A stretch of 64,000 bases of DNA from a virus. The DNA is taken from the IMG/VR virus record IMGVR_UViG_3300045256_000058, positions 32,001-96,000 of that record; one strand, given 5' to 3'. How positions within the stretch are numbered: the stretch's first letter is position 1; each line of letters begins with the position of its first letter. Position numbers and translations under genes: made by a program. Under the pieces are notes generated by a model. That model worked only from the letters and a program-made list of their open reading frames with translations, had not been told where the DNA came from and made no database searches. This document shows, piece by piece, positions 52,509 to 61,062 of the stretch.

Positions 52509-53495
52509 TTACATGACTTCTTCAGTCTCTCTTTCTAACTCGTATACTACTGGAGCATCTAATACTGCACTCACTTCAATAGTCTCAGGTTCAGATGAAG
52601 GTTTAAGGTCACTAGCATTTAGTTTTCTACCTAGCTTTGCTTCGAGTCTCTTGATAGCTGCTTGTCTTTCTTGAGGAGTTTTGAATTTATGAGACTTAGT
52701 TTCTATTTGGAATAGTTCCATATCTTCTTTTGGAGCATTCTCATAGATTTGTCTTTGTAGCTTATAGATGTTACTAGCTACAGTAATTGCTTCTTTTACT
52801 TCATTTAGAAAGATTGGAGTACCTGTTTTGTTATTTACCATATTCATGTACTCTTTTGTTTCTTCTGATAGATAGTTAGGATTATCTAAGTCTTCAGAGG
52901 CATCTAGTACCTCTCCAAACTTATGTTCGATATATCTATCTAGAACTACACCTAATTTATTACAAGCATTTACAGCAGCTATTTCAGCTTGATAATTCTC
53001 TTGTACATATAAACCTAGCTCTTGTCCTATATTTCTTTCATTTACTCTAGCTAAATAAGCTTTACGAAGATGTTGCCATTTATCTTTATGTACTTTATCT
53101 CTTAGTGTGGTAAAGTTTACTTCAAACTTCTCTGCAAATTCTTTGTAAGTATAATCTTCAGATGCAAATGTACCATCTTCTAACTGAATTCTTTTTCCAA
53201 GTACCCAATGTTTACGTAACTCTGTCCAGTTATACTTCTTAGTTGTTTTACCATAGATATGCTTTAGACGAGGATTTTGTTCAGGAGGTAGAGGTACTTC
53301 ACTAGAACTCTCATAGTTCATGATTGTATTGAGTTCTTTAATTTCTTCTAACTCTTTTGCTACTCTTGAAGTATCCGATAGCTTTACTTTCTTTAGAGTA
53401 GTATATGGTCTAGCATCTGAATCTTTCTTACGAGGATTTGGTCTAGCAATTAATGAATACGTTGTACCTGATTCATTGAATATTTTCTTAGGCAT
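52509..53495 (-). CDS. Putative terminase small subunit
   Basis: 'YNWTELRKHWVLG...YKEFAEKFEVNFTTLRDKVHKDKW' HTH typical of TerS N-termini; upstream of terL. Confidence 0.6.
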   Translation of the reverse strand: MPKKIFNESGTTYSLIARPNPRKKDSDARPYTTLKKVKLSDTSRVAKELEEIKELNTIMNYESSSEVPLPPEQNPRLKHIYGKTTKKYNWTELRKHWVLGKRIQLEDGTFASEDYTYKEFAEKFEVNFTTLRDKVHKDKWQHLRKAYLARVNERNIGQELGLYVQENYQAEIAAVNACNKLGVVLDRYIEHKFGEVLDASEDLDNPNYLSEETKEYMNMVNNKTGTPIFLNEVKEAITVASNIYKLQRQIYENAPKEDMELFQIETKSHKFKTPQERQAAIKRLEAKLGRKLNASDLKPSSEPETIEVSAVLDAPVVYELERETEEVM

Positions 53496-53898
53496 GAGTT
53501 TGCAAGTTGTATAGTGTTTCGTTAGATATAAGAGTGTGTGCAGAAGTAAATATTAGATTGGGTATAGATATTTGACTATATGCACTTGGTAAATTGCGAT
53601 GCTTAAAGTTGTAGGAGAAGTAGATTATTTCTAACTTAGTTGCATCTGGATGAAATAGAAAATAGGATTGTATTTGACCTATTGCATGTTTTATAGAGTT
53701 AAATTCCTTTACTTCTATTAGTCTTTTTTCATTTCTAAATGTTCTCTCACTGTTTGAGTAGAGTGGTTCATCTTTATGTATGATTAGGTCAATTAGTCCT
53801 ACAGGAGTCTTTACTTCTCTAGCAACAGAATACCCTTGGTTAGAAAAATATGCTGCTAGAGCTTTTTGAACTGTAGCTTCGGATAGTTTCGTCTTCAT
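53488..53898 (-). CDS. PD-(D/E)XK nuclease-fold protein
   Basis: 'REVKTPVGLIDL...LIEVK...HAIGQIQSY'. Confidence 0.75.
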   Translation of the reverse strand: MKTKLSEATVQKALAAYFSNQGYSVAREVKTPVGLIDLIIHKDEPLYSNSERTFRNEKRLIEVKEFNSIKHAIGQIQSYFLFHPDATKLEIIYFSYNFKHRNLPSAYSQISIPNLIFTSAHTLISNETLYNLQTHA

Positions 53899-53901
53899 GT
53901 T

Positions 53902-54321
53902 CTAGATAAGTGGACTCATTTCTGTGTTACTGTTAATGTCTTTGTTTCTCTTTATTGTTTTGTTTAGAGAGACAGGAAGGACAGGAACTTTCATTTCTTT
54001 TCTTCTTGAAATTTGATAATCTTTTTCAAGTTTCTTTTGTTCAAGTTTATTGTCTTTTCTTACAATTCGATAACGTTTTACTTCCTGCTCACTGTCTACA
54101 GGAAGATTTAATGCTGCTGAAACTTTTTGTCTGTCTTCAGGTTTCATTGGTTTGATATTATTTCCAACTGTTCCATTATTTCCAGGAGCATTCCCTCTAG
54201 GATTTGCAGGAGTAGGTGTGTTGGTTAGAGAAGCTTGGGCTAATAAGTCTGCTGCTCCGAAGTTAGAAAAAGCTTGTTTAAGAAGTTTCATGTGATTCAA
54301 AATTATCCTTGATGTTTTCAA
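53902..54321 (-). CDS. Hypothetical basic protein (SNF motif variant)
   Basis: 'MKLLKQAFSNFGAAD'. Confidence 0.5.
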   Translation of the reverse strand: MKTSRIILNHMKLLKQAFSNFGAADLLAQASLTNTPTPANPRGNAPGNNGTVGNNIKPMKPEDRQKVSAALNLPVDSEQEVKRYRIVRKDNKLEQKKLEKDYQISRRKEMKVPVLPVSLNKTIKRNKDINSNTEMSPLI

Positions 54322-54812
54322 TAATCTCTTCGTTTACAGTTTTGTGACTGCGTTTACTACAATTAGTTTAGCATTTCGTGCATGAAAAATATGCCGGGAT
54401 TTCTGTGCTTTTTTTATTCTCTTTATGATTTAGGTGAGTTTGAATTATTGGGTTGGAAGCAGCCCCTTAAAAAACATCCTATCACACTCTGAAACCCCTG
54501 TCAAATAAGGCTTTCAGCCATTTTACCTCTCAATCCATAAGCTACACTTATAGTACAGATGTACGGTTAGGTATAGAGTATTCTCTATAGTAACTATAGA
54601 AAACTTTACATAGTAAATAGGTATAAATACTCTATACAATCCTGTTGAAAACTGCGATACTGTTTACAGGTTGGATAAGAGATAAGGAGGTTAAAGGATA
54701 AAACACTATGAACAATTAAATATTCTTATGGGATTGCAAGGGCTATTGCTCTTGACTTTCACAGGATAACTGTGCTTAAAATCCCGGCTAGAAAATTGGG
54801 TATTTATGCCTA

Positions 54813-54841
54813 TTGCGTTTTCTATCCGTATCCCCTAAGAT
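54813..54841 (+). promoter_or_regulatory. Sigma70-like early promoter
   Basis: TTGCGT-17 bp-TAAGAT, followed by GTTTACAAGGTTGG; upstream of the ORF with RBS AAGGAG. Confidence 0.6.
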
Positions 54842-54944
54842 GTTTACAAGGTTGGTTATGAGACAACCGACAATCAAACGATAGATTCCAAGCTATCACC
54901 CTATCAAAATTTATTCGCAGAGTCAAACTGCAAAAGGAGTACCT

Positions 54945-55427
54945 ATGGCTAAAGCCAGAAGTGTAGCTCTCCGTAAGACCTTCGCCTATGGTGTATTGGC
55001 TGTTACAAAGTCAACCGTATGGAAAGAGAAAGGTAATCCCGAAGCGGGTACGGAGGTAGTCTACTCAGTTCGCTTTAAGGTAAAGTCAGAAGTCTTAGAG
55101 CGTCTTAAAGCTCAAGGTGTGAAAAATCCTCTCAAGGATAATCCATTCCTTTTGATGCAAGATGGGGCTTCTTTCAAAAGGTTCTTTTCTAATGGTAGTG
55201 AGAAAATTACTACCTATATAAAGACTACTGACTATGCTAAAGCTGAGGAAGTTTTTAAGCGTGTAGTCTCTAGTATGAGTAGGGGTGTTAAGCCTACTAA
55301 AAAAGCTGTGATTCAAGATGTGCTGCCATCTGGTATGCGTATTGTTGAGCGTTCACAGTCTGAGTTTAGTAAAGCTTTGCTTTCTCCCTCCACACCATCT
55401 AAAAAACTATCCTTTAGCGTGAGATAA
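54945..55427 (+). CDS. Early hypothetical basic protein
   Basis: Strong RBS (AAAAGGAG); 160 aa. Confidence 0.7.
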   Translation: MAKARSVALRKTFAYGVLAVTKSTVWKEKGNPEAGTEVVYSVRFKVKSEVLERLKAQGVKNPLKDNPFLLMQDGASFKRFFSNGSEKITTYIKTTDYAKAEEVFKRVVSSMSRGVKPTKKAVIQDVLPSGMRIVERSQSEFSKALLSPSTPSKKLSFSVR

Positions 55428-55430
55428 GCC

Positions 55431-55691
55431 ATGAAGTATGCTGTCTTAAAAACTGGCAATCACTATGCCCGTATGAATTACGCATATCAACCATGCTGTA
55501 ATACGGGTTTAGTAGAGATTGATGAGTCTATCCCTACGGATGACTATGGCAATCCCATTACTGTTGCAGACTATAAGCTAGTTGATGATTTAGCTCTAGC
55601 TACAGTTTTCCCTAAGAAGTTGGCTAAACGTTTAGTTAGGGCTGATTTATTTCTTGAGGTTATGACTGTTCAGCGTGTAATGTTCGTTTAG
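55431..55691 (+). CDS. Hypothetical protein
   Basis: 86 aa, coupled to the upstream gene. Confidence 0.6.
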   Translation: MKYAVLKTGNHYARMNYAYQPCCNTGLVEIDESIPTDDYGNPITVADYKLVDDLALATVFPKKLAKRLVRADLFLEVMTVQRVMFV

Positions 55692-55704
55692 GTATTTCTT
55701 CTTA

Positions 55705-55733
55705 TTGACTTCTGCCCATATTGGCTGTATTGT
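55705..55733 (+). promoter_or_regulatory. Sigma70-like promoter upstream of the giant RNA
   Basis: TTGACT-17 bp-TATTGT, followed by GTTTATAGGTTGG. Confidence 0.6.
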
Positions 55734-55739
55734 GTTTAT

Positions 55740-57745
55740 AGGTTGGTTTTCTAACCTGTATTCCATGCTCTAGAGTTCGACTCTCTAGTGGGCACTGGGC
55801 TTTACGATGTACTTCGTTTATGCCCTATTAATAGCCTTGCTGTGAGGTTAAACACAGTGACATACTCTCCTGACAGAGAGGATTGGGCGTTCATAGCGCA
55901 AATTTACACTGCTACGGTAGCGGTATTGCTATCTACAGAGTGTTCTACAGTGCTTTCAATGTGCTGTAACATTAAATCGGGCTTAATATACCCGTCAAAT
56001 GTTGACAGTTTGCGATAGCTGTATGATTCACTCGCTTTTGTAGCTAAATGAACCGTAGTTTCTATGTGTAATATTTGCCGTATCTTATAACGATAGGATT
56101 GAATGCTGTGGTTGGTAGTGGTCTATATGACTAAGTAGCTAACGTGTTCCTGATGGCATATCACGGGGTATGAATAGGGGTGAGTTACTATGAACCGTAA
56201 ACTACAAATCTCGATAGCGAGCTAATCGTAACATTCGGTTAGTATATGCTTTCATCTGGCGATAGGTGCTAGTGTCCCCATAGGGGTGCTAGTATTCAAT
56301 AAGCTCGGTAGTACCATGAGGGAACGGGTGTGGAGTGCTGTTAGCCTAACAGTGCATTGATGCGTCCTAGTATGCTTGGGAATCCTAATGCTCAGACTTT
56401 ATCCGGGTAGGTGCGGAATGAGTTGCTTCTAAGGATGACTGTATAGAAAGCTGAGTCTGTAAATGTGAGCTAGAGAGGTTGCGGCTAGGGGTAGAGCTTT
56501 ATGCTACTACTTTCTACCGACTAAGTGTGCCTGCTTGAAACGGTCTTAATAAAACCGTCAAAGCGGATAACGGATGTATATCCTAGCTTAGTTATGGGGA
56601 CTGTAGTGTGTATAAAGTATATGCTGTTAGCCTAGAAGGTGTAGTGAGACTGGGAACTGATTGAAAGGGTTTGTATGATTCCCTTCCCCATTGGGATGAT
56701 TCTTATTTGAGTAGGCAGTTGCATCTTTACAGTTTGGACAGTTGGTAAGTATCGTGTAGCGGAATACACTAGACAATACCCGTATATACAAATATTACTT
56801 CCCGTCATAGTACGGGCTTTTCGGGGTACGTCAGTCACTATCCTAGTCTATGCAATGGAGAATGCGGCAATACAAGCCTTTCCTCGATTCACTATCATAG
56901 CCTATACTTACACCAAAGCGTCCCTAAATGTAAAGATAAATTGTATCCCCGGTATTCCCATATAAACAATATCGTGTTACCGCTTCCTAATGCACAATGA
57001 TGCTGTGGGGGCTGTTTTGTGCTGTCTGGAAGTATTGCACGGTATTGGGGATAAGGTAGACTCTACTACTCTTCACTATGAAGAAAAGTAGGCTCTATGG
57101 AAGGGCAGTAAGTAAGTATCTAGCTATATGTCCTCTCTTTGGACATGGCTCCCTACATAAGCGTAGTATAAGGATTATCTCAAGCATAATTCTTCGACTT
57201 ACCTATGGCTATGGGTTCGAGAATAAGTGTGAAGCGAAGCTAACAAGGAGTACGGCTATTTACGGAAAGCTGCGTCTGTCATTGCGATAGGCTGCAAACT
57301 GACCATAGAGACAAAATGAATCGGAACGCTGAGTGTGTAGTGTTCTATTGAGGTATTGCATTCTAGTTCATGTTACTCCTGACTAGCGTGTAAGTTCCAT
57401 ATCGGGTGATGGCTGTCTCAGTAATTATAAATGCGCGAAGTAACATTCCAATGCGCTATGGAGGGAGGTAGGGTAATGAGAGACAGTCATGGGAGTTCAT
57501 TATACAGATAGTCCCTCTCTTCCAAAAGGGGCTTCTGTTATCTCTTAAGTAATCCCAGTGAGAGAGTATATAGTATGAGTTAGCAATAACTCTAGCTAGT
57601 TAGAAATAGGTTAATAGCTTGTTTCTACCTAGTGAAAGATACTGTGTACTCTCAATATTCTGGTTACGCTTACCTTCTGGTGCAAGTCCAGATAGAGGTA
57701 TGGGTATCGTACCCTATAGAGTCTAGGCTATTACGGCTTAGGCTC
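55740..57745 (+). ncRNA. Candidate giant structured ncRNA (~2.0 kb)
   Basis: No credible ORF; more than 25 hairpins, nested long-range helices, many G-U pairs fixing + orientation, T-arm-like elements at both ends. Confidence 0.75.
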
Positions 57746-57778
57746 AATTTGTCATGCAAACTTATTGAGGTCAGTCTC

Positions 57779-57976
57779 ATGTCTCTTTGGCTTGTTGCTC
57801 CTACTTCTCTAAATGGAATCTTTGCTCACAAGCAATCCGTTTGGAAGGAAGACATCTACGAAATTGTAGAAGGAACAATAGAGGATGATGTTACTTTTCT
57901 ATTGTTCATGGATGGTAAGCCCTATTGTGTGGGTACTGACCTTGATGAATTAAAAGACTATGCTCTAAACGGCTAG
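57779..57976 (+). CDS. Small hypothetical protein (true start likely ATG 57779, not 57632)
   Basis: MSLWLVAPTS... with upstream GAGG; the upstream extension lies in structured RNA. Confidence 0.55.
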   Translation: MSLWLVAPTSLNGIFAHKQSVWKEDIYEIVEGTIEDDVTFLLFMDGKPYCVGTDLDELKDYALNG

Positions 57977-58216
57977 TCTAATTAGTCGAGTAATAGAGAT
58001 TTATAACCTCTATCACTACTATAAGTAATCAATACAGGATGCTGGTTGTAGCTACAAGATTTCGTATGCTCCTAGCTCCTAATTTGTGTTGACTGTAGTG
58101 TGTTAGTTATGTTCTCTGTTGCTCTCTTCTGTATGACTGTTCACCTTATCTAGTCATGCTAGGAGGGGTAATGACTTGTGATGCCTGCTCGTAGTCCACC
58201 TTATTTTCTAACCATC

Positions 58217-58450
58217 ATGGTTGTTCAATTTTACAACGGACACAAAAACATTCATCTTAATGTTGAACTGGATAGGCTGCATCCTGACTGTAATGTAAGA
58301 GCTATTGGAAGAGTGGGTAGAGATAAGTATTCTGAGCTTCCTACTTTTGAATCCGATAATTTTACTAGCTGTCTGGTAAAAGCTTCTCAATGGTGTGCAT
58401 TGAATGGATTCTTTCCGGTAGAAAACGGCAAAGTAGTTGAATACGTCTAG
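58217..58450 (+). CDS. Small hypothetical protein
   Basis: MVVQFYNGHK...; in-frame ATG of track ORF 58178. Confidence 0.55.
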   Translation: MVVQFYNGHKNIHLNVELDRLHPDCNVRAIGRVGRDKYSELPTFESDNFTSCLVKASQWCALNGFFPVENGKVVEYV

Positions 58451-58462
58451 CTAAGGAGAAAC

Positions 58463-58879
58463 ATGGAAGGTAAACCCATCGAACTAAATATCTCAAATGA
58501 GTTTCCTGCTAACGGGGAAATTGTTATTCGAGTTCGATACGTTGCTAAAGATGCAAGACGAAAAGCAATGTTGTCTGTGTACGTTAGTGAGAACTGGTTA
58601 GCTGAGTGGGGATTGCATTCTACCGCTCGTTTCATGAATCAACGGCTCCAAAAAGATTGGGGTAATCCTCCTCTAGAGGTAGAAGCCTCCAATAAAGGCT
58701 ATCGAGTAGCTAGGCAAGCTGTGTTTGGTGATAAAGATAACTCTCCTTGGTCACACATTCAAATTGCGGCTTTTAGAGAGATGGTAGATATACTCTCTGA
58801 GTTTCAAGCTCATACTGCCTATCTAGATGCCCTTCGCAGTTCGGTTCCTGATGAAATGTTCTTTACTCTGGTGAAGTAA
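58463..58879 (+). CDS. Hypothetical protein
   Basis: RBS AAGGAG; 138 aa. Confidence 0.7.
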   Translation: MEGKPIELNISNEFPANGEIVIRVRYVAKDARRKAMLSVYVSENWLAEWGLHSTARFMNQRLQKDWGNPPLEVEASNKGYRVARQAVFGDKDNSPWSHIQIAAFREMVDILSEFQAHTAYLDALRSSVPDEMFFTLVK

Positions 58880-59334
58880 TGCGTGTAATCGGTCAAGAAT
58901 CAAATTCAGCTTTTCAACAAGAAGCTGAACCACTATTAGCGGCAAACGGGATTTTAATTGTCCCTACTGTGTTTGATATGTCTAGCACTGGGTCTAAAGG
59001 TGTAGCAATTCGAGTCTACATTACGAATCACAGTCTGGATATAATTAGTCAACGTCAGAGTCTTTCTGAGCCTCCCATTTTGCCTTTACTTGGTTATGTG
59101 TCTTCTAGCTGGGGTGAAGCATCTCATGTATTTCCAGAGAGTAGAAACATTGCTTTCGAGAAGGATTTTGCTCCTGATGTTCCTGGTCATTTCATTGACC
59201 GTTGGATAAAGAATTTCTCTACTCAAGTCTTAGAAGAGTGGAGTTTCATTCTTTCTCATGTGCAAAAGAACACATCGGTTACGGTCACTCCTTCTGAGTT
59301 CCAAAATGGATTCTTTGGGATTACCTCTGCTTAG
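58879..59334 (+). CDS. Hypothetical protein
   Basis: TAATG coupling with the upstream gene. Confidence 0.65.
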   Translation: MRVIGQESNSAFQQEAEPLLAANGILIVPTVFDMSSTGSKGVAIRVYITNHSLDIISQRQSLSEPPILPLLGYVSSSWGEASHVFPESRNIAFEKDFAPDVPGHFIDRWIKNFSTQVLEEWSFILSHVQKNTSVTVTPSEFQNGFFGITSA

Positions 59335-59371
59335 TTCGTTCATTACGTCCACATCATCAAGGTACAAAATT

Positions 59372-59737
59372 ATGACTTCTGCTACACTTGTACGTCCTGC
59401 CTATACTCCTGTTCTCAAAGCCGACTTAGAACAAGGGGAAGAAAAGATTTCCAAGCTCGTTGATAAGTGGAAAGCTCTAAACCCCGGCAAAAGTGTGAAT
59501 CTCCGAATTACCTTTGCAATGTTTAACTCTGCTGAGAGCCTTACTCAAAAGTATGAGGCTGCAAAAACTCGGCTTCAACATTGGTATCAGGATGCAATCA
59601 TTACTGAGCGTCAAATGAAAGAAGCGCTATCTGAAATCGGTAAACTGTATCGAACATTCATCGGTATCTCTGCTAACTACGCAAATAAGCGTCAGTACAA
59701 CGGCAAAACCGAAAACATTGTTTGGATGGAATTCTAG
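59372..59737 (+). CDS. Hypothetical protein
   Basis: MTSATLVRP...; followed by a terminator. Confidence 0.65.
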   Translation: MTSATLVRPAYTPVLKADLEQGEEKISKLVDKWKALNPGKSVNLRITFAMFNSAESLTQKYEAAKTRLQHWYQDAIITERQMKEALSEIGKLYRTFIGISANYANKRQYNGKTENIVWMEF

Positions 59738-59769
59738 TTTTTGTGTGGGTTACTTCTCCTTACCCTAAT

Positions 59770-59800
59770 GGGGTTGCTCTTAGCGAGTGACCCCTTTTTT
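59770..59800 (+). terminator. Intrinsic terminator
   Basis: GGGGTTGCTC-TTAGC-GAGTGACCCC-TTTTTT. Confidence 0.85.
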
Positions 59801-59851
59801 CTTAAGAGAAAGTTCCTTTTTTCATGCAAACCTTTACCTTTTTCTACCATC

Positions 59852-60241
59852 ATGGCAAGCACTGGAATTACTGACCTTGAAACCCTTCATTCTTTGAAAG
59901 AGGAGTATTTTCCTCACGACACCCCTACTCTTCCTGATTCCGTTATCTATGCGGAAGATGCTGAACTGCTAATGCGTCTTTCAACACACGACCCTGTGCA
60001 TGGTTATCGGATTGTAAATGAATGGAAGCCCGTAGCAGCAGATGAAACCTACTGTCATGTGCAGGAAGTGAATTTCAAGATGTTCACTGTAACCCCTCGC
60101 TTAGATACTTCTGACCGTGCTGCAAGCCACTATCTGACTCCACAAGAGCGGGATATGTTGTTCCGTACTTGGTTATATCGTGGTTTTTCTCCTGCTGTGT
60201 CCATTCATCCGTATCTTCAGCCTGCACAGGATATTCTGTAA
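59852..60241 (+). CDS. Hypothetical protein (start moved downstream of the terminator)
   Basis: MASTGITDLE... Confidence 0.6.
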   Translation: MASTGITDLETLHSLKEEYFPHDTPTLPDSVIYAEDAELLMRLSTHDPVHGYRIVNEWKPVAADETYCHVQEVNFKMFTVTPRLDTSDRAASHYLTPQERDMLFRTWLYRGFSPAVSIHPYLQPAQDIL

Positions 60242-60498
60242 TGTCAGAATCAATACCATCTCACTCTATGAAATATCTCCCTCTTTTTCTGGTGTTTTTA
60301 ACATCTGTAACCATTAGCACGTTCGAGCTATTGGCTATGGGTATTTCAGGATGGCTACTATATGCTCTCCCATTATGGAAAGCCGCAATTGCAGTAGCTC
60401 TAGGGTTGTTATCAACCTACGTCATGATTGATGCTTTCTCCAAGCTTCAGATTCAGCTCAACAAACACATTACTCGGAAATTACAGAATGATTCTTGA
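60241..60498 (+). CDS. Small membrane protein
   Basis: Two hydrophobic helices; coupled start. Confidence 0.55.
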   Translation: MSESIPSHSMKYLPLFLVFLTSVTISTFELLAMGISGWLLYALPLWKAAIAVALGLLSTYVMIDAFSKLQIQLNKHITRKLQNDS

Positions 60499-60613
60499 CT
60501 TCATTGCTGTTGGGTTGGTGGGGATGGTCTTACGTCCCCTATTTGACCGTTATGTAGTCAATCCTATTGCTGCATGGATTACGATTTGTCAAATGAATGA
60601 TTGTGGAGACTAA
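60488..60613 (+). CDS. Small hydrophobic protein
   Basis: MILDFIAVGLVGMVLRP... Confidence 0.45.
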   Translation: MILDFIAVGLVGMVLRPLFDRYVVNPIAAWITICQMNDCGD

Positions 60614-60829
60614 ATGCACTATCACGTTCTTGAGTCTGAAGGTAAGTTCATTGCACACCCTATGATTCGTGTAATTCACGGTGTGCTGACTTCTGATATT
60701 CAAAAGGCACAGGTCTACCCGTTAGAAACTGATGCCATTACCTCAATCGCCTATCTTCAGGAACACTACCCAGAATTAACTGGTAAGCCCTTAGTTCCGA
60801 GAGCTATCTCTATTGGATTGGAGGAATGA
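60614..60829 (+). CDS. Hypothetical protein
   Basis: RBS GGAG; coupled. Confidence 0.6.
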   Translation: MHYHVLESEGKFIAHPMIRVIHGVLTSDIQKAQVYPLETDAITSIAYLQEHYPELTGKPLVPRAISIGLEE

Positions 60830-61047
60830 AATACAACCTTCATCTATACAAACTCGTAGTTGCAAACTACAGCACACAGACTTCTAGAGAGACTTTAATT
60901 ACCGATAAAGCAGAGTATGACAGAGAGGTACTGTCTTACTTGTCTTTGCCGTATTCGGTAAGAGTGTCTTTACAGAAGCTTAATCATCTTGCTTTATGGC
61001 AAACGATTAAGTCGGTTACGGTCAATCACTTTGATGAAACTTTCTAA
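60826..61047 (+). CDS. Hypothetical protein
   Basis: ATGA overlap. Confidence 0.55.
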   Translation: MKYNLHLYKLVVANYSTQTSRETLITDKAEYDREVLSYLSLPYSVRVSLQKLNHLALWQTIKSVTVNHFDETF

Positions 61048-61062
61048 CTTCGGAGGAATCCA

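Noticed and set aside
1112-54155. Numerous antisense or alternative-frame ORFs in the track (e.g. 16117, 16942, 20978, 22223, 23827, 33275, 34769)
   Set aside because: Shadows of long coding genes on the opposite strand or frame
55788-57290. Short ORFs 55788..56018, 56632..56838 and 57078..57290
   Set aside because: No RBS, atypical composition, and embedded in dense RNA structure; likely spurious
55713-57745. tmRNA, functional tRNA, rRNA or group II intron identity
   Set aside because: No CCA or GGGG acceptor of tmRNA, no proper D or anticodon arm, no rRNA universal motifs, no domain V recognised
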